Part shown: positions 24,092-36,152 of the stretch, piece by piece
Layout of the letters: every line of letters begins with the position of its first letter
How positions within the stretch are numbered: position 1 is the first letter of the stretch
Assembly (NCBI RefSeq): GCF_963921235.1
Contig: NC_086097.1
Location: 224,442,001 to 224,506,000 of the forward strand
DNA length: 64,000 nucleotides
Reading direction: 5' to 3'
DNA from: Mobula hypostoma
Lineage: Eukaryota
Translations under genes and position numbers: made by a program
Notes under the pieces: model-generated
The model's database searches: none
What the model was told of the DNA's origin: nothing
What the model saw: the letters and a program-made list of their open reading frames with translations, nothing else

Positions 24092-25838
24092 CAACACATA
24101 TAAAAGTTGCTGGTGAACACAGCAGGTCAGGCAGCATCTCTAGGAAGAGGTACAGTCGACGTTTCAGGCCGAGACCCTTCGTCAGGACTAACTGAAGGAA
24201 AAGCTAGTAAGAGATTTGAAAGTGGGAGGGGGAGGGGGAGATCCGAAATGATAGGAGAAGACAGGAGGGGGAGGGATGGAGCCGAGAGCTGGACAGTTCA
24301 TTGGCAAAAGAGATATGAGAGGATCATGGGACAGGAGGCCTAGGGAGAAAGAAAGGGGGAGGGGGGAAGCCCAGAGGATGGGCAAGGGGTATAGTGAGAG
24401 GGACAGAGGGAGAAAAAGGAGAGAGAGAAAAAGGAGAGAGAGAAAAAGGAGAGAGAGAGAGAAAAAGAATGTGTGGATATCAATAAATAAACAACGGATG
24501 GGGTATGAGGGGGAGGTGCGGCATTAGCGGAAGTCTGAGAAGTCAATGTTCATGCCATCAGGTTGGAGGCTACCCAGATGGAATATAAGGAGATGTTCCT
24601 CCAACCTGAGTGTGGCTTCATCTTTACAGTAGAGGAGGCCGTGGATAGACATATCAGAATGGGAATGGGATGTGGAATTAAAATGTGTGGCCACTGGGAG
24701 ATCCTGCTTTCTCTGGTGGACAGAGCGTAGGTGTTCAGCAAAATGATCTCCCAGTCTGCGTCGGGTCTCACCAATGTATAGAAGGCCGCATCGGGAGCAC
24801 TGAATGCAGTATATTACCCCAGTCGACTCACAGGTGAAGTGTTGCCTCACCTGGAAGGATTGTCTGGGGCCCTAAATGTTAGTGAGGGAGGAAGTGTAAG
24901 GGCATGTGTAGCACTTGTTCTGCTTACGAGGATAAGTGCGGGGAGGGAGATCGGTGGGGGGGGATGAATGGACAAGGGAGTCGCGTAGGGAGTGATCCTT
25001 GCAGAAAGCAGAGAGAGGGGAGGAGGGAAAGATGTGCTTAGTGGTGGGATCCCATTGGAGGTGGCGGAAATTACAGAGAATTATATGTTGGACCCGGAGG
25101 CTGGTGGGGTGGTAGGTGAGGACAAGGGGAACCCTATTCCTAGTGGGGTGGTGGGAGGATGGGGTGAGAGCAGATGTGCGTGAAATGGGGGAGATGCGTT
25201 TGAGAGCAGAGTTGATGGTGGAGGAAGGGAAGCCCCTTTCTTTAAAAAAGGGGACATCTCCTTCGTCCTGGAATGAAAAGCCTCATCCTGACAGCAGATG
25301 CGGCAGAGACAGAGGAATTGCGAGAAGGGAATGGCATTTTTGCAAGAGACAGGGTGAGAAGAGGAATAGTCCAGATAGCTGTGAGAGTCAGTAGGCTTAT
25401 AGTAGACATCAGTAGATAAGCTGTCTCCAGAGATAGAGACAGAAAGATCTAGAAAGGGGAGGGAGGTGTTGGAAATGGACCAGGTAAACTTGAGGGCACG
25501 GTGAAAGTTGGAGGCAAAGTTAATAAAGTCAACGAGTTCTGCATGCGTGCAGGAAGCAGCGCCAATGCTGTCATCAATGTAGCGAAGGAAAAGTGGGGGA
25601 CAGATACCAGAACAGGTTTGGAACATCGATTGTTCCACAAAGCCAACAAAAAGGCAGGCACAGCTAGGACCCATACGGGTGCCCATAGCTACACCTTTAG
25701 TTTGGAGGAAGTAGGAGGAGCCAAAGGAGAAATTATTAAGAGTAAGGACTAATTCCGCTAGACGGAGCAGAGTGGTGGTAGAGAGGAACTGATTAGGTCT
25801 GGAATCCAAGTGGAGAGCTTTGAGACCTTCCTGATGAC
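24092..25838 (-). mobile_element. Penelope-like element (Neptune-type), 5'-truncated, RT + GIY-YIG, frameshifted
   Basis: LVLTLNNFSF...QTKGVAMGTRMGPS...LFLRYIDD; VIYCIQCSRCGLLYIGET; 10-bp TSD GGATGTGAGA at 24082-24091 and 25839-25848. Confidence 0.95.
24154..24189 (-). ncRNA. Minimal hammerhead ribozyme motif (intact core)
   Basis: Reverse complement is AGTCCTGACGAAGGGTCTCGGCCTGAAACGTCGACT, identical to 7086-7121. Confidence 0.85.
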
Positions 25839-26449
25839 GGATGTGAGAAGTGGGATGAAGTGAGAAGCTGGGAGATGATAGGTGGAAGGGCTAAAGGGCT
25901 GAGAAGAAGGAATCCAATAGGAGAAGAGAGTGGTAGAAAGTATTCCCCATTTTACGTTCAGACAAACCATGTAATTAGAAACCAATCCATGCTCACCTAA
26001 TTTCTGCAACTTTGAGAATTAAAACTAATCATTCTAATTCCAGTAGTAGAGCCAATAGAGATTTAAGCACAATGGGAAATATGACCTCTTTTCTGCTTAT
26101 TAATTCTATGGTTCTTGAAAAACACAAGTGATTCTGCAGATGATGGTATTCCAGAATAACACATACAAAATCAATGGCTCTTTAATACTATACTTGAATA
26201 ACTAATTCCAGCTCGACTCCCAAAGATGTTTGCATGGTAAAACCTCTTTTCTTGTATCTCCTTTTTTCAATTCATTCCATTCTGGTGAGTTTTGTAAATG
26301 CTATAATCAGATTTGGCTAGTTAATGAACTTGAATATGATATTCCATCCATTTGGATTCCATATCAATGTGTCAATGGGGAAAAAGCAATCGTTCAAAAA
26401 ATTTATATCACCAAAAATTGGTATCAGAAGCCAGGATTGTAAAAGATTA

Positions 26450-26582
26450 TTAAGGCTCAATGCCCCAGATGTTTTTTTTATTGTACCAGCTGTTATAGTT
26501 TTCAGCTATCTGTAGACTGAGAGAACGAAGTAGCCTTTCCAATGCCGTCTGTGGCAGAATCCTCAGTCTTTCTTGTCTTGTT
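26450..26582 (-). CDS. Candidate last coding exon of an unidentified host gene (TRQERLRILPQTALERLLRSLSLQIAENYNSWYNKKNIWGIEP*)
   Basis: Acceptor ccttttttttgtag; phase-2 open frame to TAA; non-repetitive sequence; minus-strand ATTAAA near 26181. Confidence 0.5.
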
Positions 26583-26742
26583 CTACAAAAAAAAAGGTAT
26601 GTGGTGAAATACAGGAAATTAGAAGGACACATGCCCACTTGAATTATGGGGAAGGTGACTGAACGGGAGGGGAGTCAATTGGGTGAAGAGCATTTTTGTT
26701 CCGTTATTTAACCTGTTATATTACTAAATCTACTCAGCCCTA

Positions 26743-26925
26743 AAATAGAAGCAGAAAATGCTGGAAACACTAAAGAACTAGGCAGCATCTGCAGAAAGAG
26801 GCACTGAGCTGGTGTTTCAGATCAGCGAATCATTGCCAGAACTCTGTTTCTCAATCCACACATGTTGCCTGATTTGCTGAATGTTTCCATAATTTTCTGT
26901 TTTTATTTCAGATTTTCAGCATCGC
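26743..26925. mobile_element. Old foldback pair of Penelope-derived termini
   Basis: gcagaaaatgctggaaacac...ggcagcatctg versus catgttgcctgatttgctgaatgtttccataattttctg. Confidence 0.6.
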
Positions 26926-27129
26926 CATTTTACGTTAATTAAGGTAGATGCTGCCTATCCTGTGATATACATTGAGATGGCTAAATCATATAATGAATAT
27001 TATCTTATGAGGCAATATCGTTCGTTCATTTGTAATGACCATGATTGTTCTTGGCAAATTTTTCTATGGAAGTAGTTTGCCACTGCCTTCTTCTGGGCAA
27101 TGTCTTTACAAAAACATTGACTTGTGATA

Positions 27130-30100
27130 TAGAAACATAGAAATCTACAGCACATTAAAGGCCTTTCAGCCCACAATGTTGTGCCGACCATGTAACCCAC
27201 ACTAAAAACTGCCTAGAATTTCCCTACTGCAAAACTCCATGTACCTAACTAAGACTCTCTTAAAAGACTCTATTGTATCCTCGTCTACCACCGTTGCTGG
27301 AAGTGCATTCCAAGTACCCACTCACCAAGTGAAAAAATTACCTCTGACATCCCACTTGTACCTACTTCCAAGCACCTTAAAACTATGCCCCCTCATGTTA
27401 GCCATTTCAATCCTGGGAAAAAGCCTCTGGCTATCCACATGATCAATGCCTCTCATTTACCTTATACACCTCTATCAGGTCACCTCTCATCTTCCGTCGC
27501 TCCAAGGAGGAAAGGCCAAGTTCATTCAACCTATTCTCATAAGGCATGCTCCCCAATCCAGGCAACATCCTTGTAAATCTCCTCGGAACTTTCTCTATAG
27601 TATCCACATCCTTCCTGTAGTGAGGTGACCAGAACTGAACACAGTACTCCAAGTGGGGTCTAATTAAGGTCTTATATAGCTGTAACATTACCTCACGGCT
27701 CTTGAACTCAATCCCATGGTTAATGAAGGCCAACACACCACTGTCAACCTGTGCAGCAGCTTTGAATGTCCTATGCACACGGACCCCAAGATCTCCTTGA
27801 TCGTCCACACTGCCAAGAGTCTTACCATTAATATTATATTCTGTCTTCAAATTTGACCTACTGAAATGAACCACTTCACACTTATCTGGGTTGAACCCCA
27901 TCTGCCCCTTCTCAGCCCACTTCTGCATCCTATCGATATTGTGCTGTAACCCCTGACAACCCCCCAGGTTATCCACAACATCCCTAACTTCTGTGTCATC
28001 AGCAAACTTGCTAATCCACTCTTCTACTTCCTCATTCAGGTCATTTATAAAAATCAAAAAGAGGAGGGGTCTCAGAACAGATCCCTGCAGAACACCACTG
28101 GTCACTGTCCTCCACGCAGAATACTAACCATCCACAACCATCCTTTGGCAAACCAATTCTGGATCCACAAAGCAAGGTCTCATTGGATCCCATGCCTCAT
28201 TACTTTCTAAAGAGCCTTGCATGGGGAACCTTATCAAATCCCTTACTGATATCCATATACACCACATCTACTGCTCTACCTTCATCAATGTGTTTAGTCA
28301 CATCCTCAAAGGATTCAATCAGGTTCATAAGGCATGACCTGCCCTTCACAAAGACATCCTGACTATCCCTAATCAGATTATATCTCTCCAAATGCTCATA
28401 AATCCTGCCTCTCAGGATCTTCTCCAACAACTTGCCCACATTGAAGTAAGATTCACTGGTCTATAATTTCCTGGGTTATCTCTACTCCCTTTCTTGAACA
28501 AGGGAACAATGGTTGCAACCTTCAAATCCTCTGGTACTTCTCTTGTCCCTGTTGATGATGCAAAGATCATTGCTAGAGGCTCAGCAATTTCCTCCCTCAC
28601 TTCGCACTGTAGCCTGGGTATGTCTCATCAGGTTCCAGCGACTTACCCTGTTAAATACCTTTCAAAAGCTCCAGCACCTCCTCTTTCTTAAAGTCTATAT
28701 ACTCAAGCTTTTCAGCTTGCTGTAAGTCATCCTCATAATTGCCAAGGTCCTTTTCAATGGTGAATACTGAAGCAAAGTATTCATTACGTACCTCTGCTAT
28801 CTCCTCTGGCCCCATGCACATGTTTCCACTATCGCTTCTGATTGGTCCTATTCTCTCACGTCTTATCCTCTTGCTCTTCACATATTTGTAGAATGCCTTG
28901 GAGTTTTCCTTAATACTGCTCACCAAGGCCTTCTAGCTCTCCTAACTTCATTCTTGTGCTCCTTCCTGGCACTCTTGTAATTTTCTAGAGCTCTAACAGT
29001 ACCTAGTTTCTTGAAACTTTCTTAAACTTTTTTTTTCTTCTTAGCTAGATTTTTTACATCCTTTGTACACCATGGTTCTTTTACCCTGCTATCCTTTCCA
29101 CGCCTCAATGGAAGATACCCTTGCAGAATGCCATGTAAATGTTCCCTGAACATTTGCCATATTTCTGCCATGCATTCCGACACTCAAAGCTGCTGTACAG
29201 GTTGGCTGTGATTAAGAAGGCATATGGTGCATTGGCCTTCATCAACCGTGGGATTGAGTTTAAGAGCTGAGAGGTTAGGTTGCAGCTATATAGGACCCTG
29301 GTCAGACCTTACTTGGAGTACTGTGCTCAATTCTGGTCACCTCACTATAGGAAGGATGTGGAAACTATAGAAAGGGAGCAGAGGAGATCTACAAGGATGT
29401 TGCCTGGATTGGGGAACATGCCTTTGAGAATCGGTTGAGTGAGTTCAACCTTTTCTCCTTGAAGCGATGGAGGATGAGAGGTGACCTGATAGAGGTGTAT
29501 AAGATAATGAGAGGCATTGATCATGTGGATAGTCAGAGGATTTTTCCCAGGGTTGAAATGGCTAACACGAGAGGGCACAGTTTTAAGGTGCTTGGAAGTA
29601 GGTACAGAGCAGATGTCGGGGTAGGTGGGTTTTTTACGCAGTGGAATGGGCTGCTGGCGACGGTGGTGGAGGTGGATACTGTAGGGTCTTTTAAGAGACT
29701 CCTGGATAGGTACATGGAGCTTAGAATAATAGAGGGCTATAGGTAACCCTAGGTAATTTCTATAGTAAGTACATGTTTGGTGCAGCACTGTGGGCCAAAG
29801 TGCCTGTATTGTGCTGTAGGTTTTCTCTGTTTTCTATGTTTCTATTTTCCTGAGAACATCTGCTTCCAATTTATGTTCCCAAGTTCCTGCCTAACAGCAT
29901 CATATTTCCCCCTACCACAATTACATTTTTTCCCAAATTGTCTGCTTCTGTCCCTCTCCAGCGCTATGGTAAAGGAGATAGAGTTATGGTTACTACCTCC
30001 AAAATGGTCTCCCACCAAGAGATTTGACTCCTGACCAGGTTCATTTCCCAATACCAGATCAAGTGCAGCCTCCCCTCTAGTTGGCTTATCTACATATTGC

Positions 30101-31120
30101 ATCAGGAAACCTTCCTGAACACACCTAACAAATTCCACCCCATCTAAACCTCTTGTGCTAAGGAGATGCCAGTCAATATTAGGAAAATTAAAATCATCCA
30201 TCACAACCATCCTGTTATTATTGCACTGTCCCAGAATCTGCCTCCCTATCTGCTCCTCAATCTCTCTGTTACTATTGGGGGGGGTCTATGAAATCACCTA
30301 GTTGAGCTATTGCCCCCTTCCTGTTTCTGACTTCCACCCACAATGACTCTGTAGACAATCCCTCCATGACTTCCTCCTTTCCTGCAGCCGCGATACTATC
30401 CCTGATTAGCAGTGCCACTCCCCCACCTCTTTTGCCTCCCTCCTTGTCCCTTTCTAAAGCCTGACACACTCAGCAGCCATTCCTGCTCCTGAGACATCCA
30501 AGCCTTTGTAATGGCCACAACGTCACAGTTCCATGTATTGATCCATGCTATAAGTTCATCTGCCTTGCTTATGATACTCCTTGCATTAAAATAGACACAC
30601 CTCAAAACATCTGGCTGAGTGCATCTTTGCTCTATCATTTGCTTATCCTTCCTCACAAACTCCCTACAGTCTGTCTCTACTTGTGTGCCAACCTCCCCAT
30701 CCTCTGTCTCTTCATTTCAGTTCCCACCTTCCTGCATATCTAGTTTAAACCCTCCTCAACAGCATTAGCAAACCTCCCTCCCAGGATATTGGTTCCCACT
30801 TGTACAGGCCACCCTTTCCCCAGAAATGGTTCTGATGATCCAAGAACTTGAAACCTTGCCCCCTGCACCATCTCCACAGCCACTCAGTCATCTGCACTAT
30901 ATTCCTGTTCTGACCTTCACTAGCTCGTGGCACTGGGAGAAGTCTGGAGATTACCAGACCTTGGAGGTCCTGCTCTTCAGCCCCCTTGCTAACACCCTAA
31001 ACTTAGTGTGTAGGACCTCTACCACTCTCTTACCAATGTCATTGATACCAACATGAACCACGACTTCTGGCTTCTCACCCTCCCCCTGCAAGAACATTCT
31101 GCAACTGCTCAGAGACATTA
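27130..31120 (-). mobile_element. Near full-length decayed CR1 (ORF1 esterase, APE, RT, 3' tail)
   Basis: VVVHVGINDIG; YFNARSI; GGGVALLIRD; DFNFPNIDW; GNYRPVNLT; SGVLQGSVL..FINDL..KFADDT. Confidence 0.9.
29176..29845 (+). mobile_element. CR1 3' fragment nested in the opposite orientation
   Basis: RMRGDLIEVYKIMRGID...TRGHSFKV; TTTCTATG tail. Confidence 0.88.
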
Positions 31121-31494
31121 GAGCTATTGGGTTGATTCTCAAATACAGTTTCCTTGCCTTTAGATTATGAATAGCTTACATTAGAAATTAGAAAGACATA
31201 CCAGGTATGTCAGTTCAGACATGTTTTTCCATGATCTCCTCTTGTGTCACGATGAGGCCACCCTCAGGGAGAGAAGCTACACCTTATATTCTGTCCGGAT
31301 AGTCTCCAAACAAATGGCATGAATATCAATTACTGCTTCTGGTTAAAAATTTTCTCCCCTTCCCCTCTTCTCCTATTCCCCACTTTGTCCTCTTCTCATC
31401 CGCCTATCACCTTCCCCTGTGTCCCCTCCTCATTCCTTTCTCCTGTGGTCCAGTCTCCTCTCCAGCCCTGTACCTTTCTTATCCACCTGTCATT

Positions 31495-32410
31495 GGTACT
31501 AACCACATCCTCTGGCTGCTCACCTTCCCCTTCAAGAATACTCTGCAGCCACTCAGAGACATCCAGGACCCTAGCACCCGGGAGGCAACAAGCTAGCCTG
31601 GCATCTCTTTTGCTGCACAGAATCTCCTATCCGTTCCCCCTAACTATCAAGTCCCCTGTGACTATTGCTCAGCCTGACTTCACCTTTCCCTTCTGAGGCT
31701 CAGAACTGAACACACTGCTATTGTTCTGGCTGCTGTTGCCTTGCCCAGATAGGTCATCCCCTATATCAGTATCCAAGGGGGTATACCTGCTGCTGAGAGG
31801 AATGGCCATAGGGGGACCCTCCTCTGACTTCTTTCTCTCTTTACCTCTCTCAGTGTTCACTCATCTACTCCCCGAATTCTGCACTCTGGTTCTAACCACC
31901 TGCTCAAGAGTCATATCTATCAATTGATCTGCCTTCTGGATGATTCTAAGTTCATCCAACTCCAGCTCCTTCTCCTTAATGCAACCATTCATGATCTGGA
32001 ATTGGCTGCACTTCCCACAGGTGTAGTCATCAGGGAGACTACCAGGTTCCATGAATTCCCACATCCTACAGGAGGAGCATTCCACTGCCATATCTGCCAT
32101 CTTGCATGCACTGTACAATGGACTGCCAAAACCAAATCTTCTAACCTGTTTCTTCGGCCTCAGCCTCTTCTGGTTAAAGCCTCTTGAGTCAAAGTCTGAT
32201 GCTTATACTCTCACCATTTGCCTATTCCCAACAATGGCCACCCCCTTTTCCCTTCTGTACTTTTATATAATTCGCAGTACTCTGCTCCCAACGCTGATTG
32301 GGCCTCCAGAATATCCGAAAGCCTTTGAAGCTCTCCTTTTATACAAGCTTTGCTGACTTGCGAATAACCTCTTCGAAGTGCTCTACTCCCAGCACTGACT
32401 GGGCCTCCAG
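31495..32410 (-). mobile_element. CR1 5' UTR and ORF1 N-terminus
   Basis: VECSSCRMWE...DDYTCGKC zinc finger, coiled coil, IPLSSRYTPL. Confidence 0.85.
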
Positions 32411-33086
32411 AATATGCACCAGGGGCTCATCCACCACCTGTTCCCATGGCTTTACATGACCCTGATCTGGGGTTAACCAGGTGCAACACCTTGCCCAAGG
32501 GTGACCTGCTGGCTAGTGGAGAGAAGGAGCGCCATACACCTCCTTTGGTAGGGACGTATCTCCACCCTGCCACCCTGAGGCAATATCAGTCTTAAAAATA
32601 GTTTAAAAAAAAAGACATGGTTGGAACTTTATCTGCCAGATTCCTTATCACTTTAGTCTCATTTCCAGGAAGGAACTGCAAACATTTCCTGCATGAATCT
32701 AACTCTGGATCTGTACTACTAATTCAGAACACCTCACTCTGTGTTAATATGACATTGGCATTTCTTACACACTTTATCATCGTGACCTTTGAAAGAAAGA
32801 CTTATGTTGATCCACATCACATACTCAAGCAAAAATACACTAAGCTAATGTCAACTTCTTTTTAAATCATCCGGCAATTTGAGCACACATTGTACCATGC
32901 GTTTGCTGCCAAGTAGCATTCGGACTAGAATCTAATTAATCAACAACAGAAACACAGTTAACTACACTCATAATTTATTAGCACTTGCTGAAAGAAGAAC
33001 CTTCAAGGTTATTTTGCTGAAATATCAACTTATATCCACAAAATTGTTAACAATTGTAAATTAATCACTTTTAAAATCACTCTCCA

Positions 33087-33213
33087 TGACGAAGGGTCTC
33101 GACCTGAAACGTCGACTGTACCTCTTCCTAGAGATGCTGCCTGGCCTGCTGCGTTCACCAGCAACTTCGATGTGTGTTGCTTGAATTTCCAGCATCTGCA
33201 GAATTCCTGTTGT
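33087..33213 (+). mobile_element. Young Penelope terminus starting inside the hammerhead core
   Basis: tgacgaagggtctcgacctgaaacgtcgact...cagaattcctgttgtt, near-identical to 7091-7218. Confidence 0.9.
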
Positions 33214-33760
33214 TTGCAGCTCTATAAAACTCTGGTTAGGCCACACTTGGAGTATTGTGTCCAGTTCTGGTCGCCTCACTATAGGACGGATGTGGAAGCA
33301 CTGGAAAGGGTACAGAGGAGATTTACCAGGATGCTGCCTGGTTTAGAGAGTATGCATTATGATCAGAGATTAAGGGAGCTAGGGCTTCACTCTTTGGAGA
33401 GAAGGAGGATGGGAGGAGACATGATAGAGGTGTACAAGATAATAAGAGGAATAGATAGAGTGGATAGCCAGCACCTCTTCCCCAGGGCACCACTGCTCAA
33501 TACAAGAGGACATGGCTTTAAGGTAAGGGGTGGGAAGTTCAAGGGGGATATTACAGGAAGGTTTTTTACTCAGAGAGTGGTTGATGCGTGGAATGCACTG
33601 CCCAAGTCAGTGGTGGAGGCAGATACACTAGCGAAGTTTAACAGACCACTAGACAGGTATATGGAGGGATTTAAGGTGGGGGCTTATATGGGAGGCAGGG
33701 TTTGAGGGTCGGCATAACATTGTGGGCCGAAGGGCCTGTACTGTGCTGTACTATTCTATG
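33214..33760 (+). mobile_element. Young CR1 3' fragment fused to the Penelope terminus
   Basis: LQLYKTLVRPHLEYCVQFWSPHY...FFTQRVVDAWNALP; tattctatg tail. Confidence 0.9.
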
Positions 33761-33800
33761 AAGCTGGATGTTTGAATTTACTGAATGATCTATTGGAATG

Positions 33801-34352
33801 CATAGAGCATAGAACATAGAAATCTACAGCACATTACAGACCCTTTGGTTATGTTGTCCTTGTAACCTACCCTGGAAACTGCCAAGAATTTCCCTAGCAC
33901 ACAGCCCTCTAAGCTCCATATACCTACCTAAGAAGCTCTTAAGAGGCCTATTGTATGCACCGCCACCACCGCCACTGGCAGTGCTTTCTATGCATCCACC
34001 ACTCTCTGTGTGAAAAACTTACCCCTGGCATCCTCTCGATGTGTACCTATTTCCAAGCACCTTAAAATAATGCCCCCTTGTGTTAGCCATTTCAGCCCTA
34101 GGAAATATCCTCTGGCTACCCACATGATCAATGCCCCTCATCACCTAGTACACCTCTATCAGATCACCTCTTAGCCTCTGTCATTCCAAGGAAAAAAAGG
34201 CCAAGTTCATTCAACCTATTCCCATCAGATACGCCCTCAAATCCAGGCAATATCCTTGTACATCTCCTCTGCACTCTCTCTATAGGGCCCACATCCTTCC
34301 CGTAGTGAGGTGACCAGAACTGAGCACAGTACTCCAAGTGGGGTCTGACCAA
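33801..34352 (-). mobile_element. CR1 3' fragment
   Basis: LVRPHLEYCAQFWSPHY; flanked by GGAATG direct repeats. Confidence 0.85.
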
Positions 34353-34372
34353 GGAATGGGAATGTCTTAATT

Positions 34373-34867
34373 AGATAGATAGACATATTTTATTGATCCC
34401 GAGGGAAATTGGGTTTCGTTACAGTTGCACAAACCAAGAATAGAGTATAAATGTAGCAATATAAAACCATAAATAATTAAATAAAATATGTAAATTATGC
34501 CAGATGGAAATAAGTCCAGGACCCGCCTATTGGCTCAGGGTGTCTGACCCTCCAAGGGAGGAGTTGTAAAGTTTGATGGCCACAGGCAGGAATGACTTCC
34601 TATGACGCTCAGTGTTGCATCTCGGTGGAATGAGTCTCTGGCTGAATGTACTCCTGTGCCCACTCAGTACATTATGCAGTGGATGAGATACATTGTCCAA
34701 GATGGCATGCAACTTGGACAGCATCCTCTTTTCAGACACCATCATCAGAGAGTCCAGTTCCATCCCCACAACATCACTGGCCTTACGAATGAGTTTGTTG
34801 ATTCTGTTGGTGACTGCTACCCTCAGCCTGCTGCCCCAGCACACAACAGCAAACATGATAGCACTGT
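34373..34867 (-). mobile_element. Young Rex1/Babar 3' fragment
   Basis: SAIMFAVVCWGS...RHRKSFLPVAIKLYN; (CTAT)n tail; TTAATT flanks; near-identical to 59305-59790. Confidence 0.88.
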
Positions 34868-35199
34868 TAATTAACATAATGGCTTTAGTTATTTTCAGCA
34901 ACGCATAATGGAATTAGAAACAATTTTTTTTTCAGGACTTGCACTGAAAAATACAAGAGAAAACTGAATTGATCCTTTTTCATGTGAAATACTCCTCCTA
35001 TTTACTGGCCAAAGGACAGTTTGTAATTGTCAATCATCTGTTTTCAAAGTGGAAGCATTTCGCATGTTTCTTCCATATGGCTTGGCATGTTCTGTGAATG
35101 CACATAAACATAGAGAGAAATTGAAAACAGGCTTCTGATTCCCGTTCCCCAATTTTATCACACTGTACAAAATCAAGTTGCTTGGATTGAGTCGCAAAC

Positions 35200-35259
35200 C
35201 TTGTACTCAGTGATGTGAAGGCATCTGAGCACATCCGAGGTGAGTTCTTGTATTTGGGC
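35200..35259 (-). CDS. Candidate 60-bp internal exon (PKYKNSPRMCSDAFTSLST)
   Basis: Acceptor ttctgcatttaatcag, weak donor AAG/gtttgc; phase 2-2 fits neighbouring candidate exons. Confidence 0.4.
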
Positions 35260-35642
35260 CTGATTAAATGCAGAATTACAAAAATAAAGGAACGCTTGTA
35301 GATTGTATGCCCACAAGGAAAAGAGAAAAAGCCTGCATTGCAAAAATATCTGCTCTCTATATTAAAATGACACAAAATAAGTTGCAGCCGATTAAGCACT
35401 TTTGAAGTTTGTGCTGTAACTATGGAAGAACCATGCCTACTTGTGCACAGTAAGCCCCACATCAGCAATGAGATATACCCATACACCTCAAAAAGCGGTA
35501 TTTCCTTGTGGCCATCAATTTCAATTCTACTTCCCATTCGCATTCTGACATGTCAGTCCATCCATGGCCTCCTCTATTGCCACACTCGGGTTGGAAAAGA
35601 AGCACCTTATATTCTGTTTGGGTAGCCTCCAACTTGATGGTA

Positions 35643-36152
35643 CTTTAATTCCACATCCCATTCCCAGTCTGACATGTCTATCCACGGCCTCCTCTACTGT
35701 AAAGATGAAACCACACTCAGGTTGGAGGAACACTGACTTCTCTAACTTCCGCTAATGCCCCACCTCCCCCTTGTACCCCATCTGTTATTTATTTATATAT
35801 ACACATTCTTTCTCTCTCTCTCCTTTTTCTCCCTCTGTCCCTCTGACTATACCCCTTGCCCATCCTCTGGGTTTTTCCCCCCTCCCCCTTTTCCTTCTCC
35901 CTGGGCCTCCTGTCCCATGATCCTCTCATATCCCTTTTGCCAATCACCTGTCCAGCTCTTGGCTCCATCCCTCCCCCTCCTGTCTTCTCCTATCATTTTG
36001 GATCTCCCTCTCCCCCTCCCACTTTCAAATCTCTTACTAGCTCTTCCTTCAGTTAGTCCTGATGAAGGGTCCCGGCCTGAAACGTCGACTGTACCTCTTC
36101 CTAGAGATGCTGCCTGGCCTGCTGCGCTCACCAGCAATTTTGATGTGTGTTG
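35643..36152 (+). mobile_element. Young Penelope 3' fragment nested in an older Penelope
   Basis: Close match to about 6625-7185; 10-bp TSD C(T/C)TGATGGTA at 35633-35642 and 36153-36162. Confidence 0.88.
36055..36090 (+). ncRNA. Minimal hammerhead ribozyme motif (intact core)
   Basis: AGTC-CTGATGA-AGGgtcccggCCT-GAAA-CGTC^GACT. Confidence 0.85.

Larger units (their letters stand above)
27020..32575 (-). mobile_element. RTE-related SINE (parts 32415-32575 and 27020-27130) split by about 5.3 kb of CR1
   Basis: 12-bp TSD TGAGGCAATATC at 27008-27019 and 32576-32587; Bov-A/RTE-like gaagaaggcagtggcaaactacttcc; (GAAC)n tail. Confidence 0.75.
33761..35100 (-). pseudogene. Disrupted duplicate of the 42998-43139 exon and its upstream intron
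   Basis: 33762-33800, 34361-34372 and 34868-35100 align with about 43021-43298; interrupted by CR1 and Rex1. Confidence 0.75.

Noticed and set aside
35034..35543. 169-aa minus-strand ORF as a single-exon gene
   Set aside because: It starts in antisense Penelope sequence and runs through intron-like DNA; only the 60-bp spliceable segment is plausible
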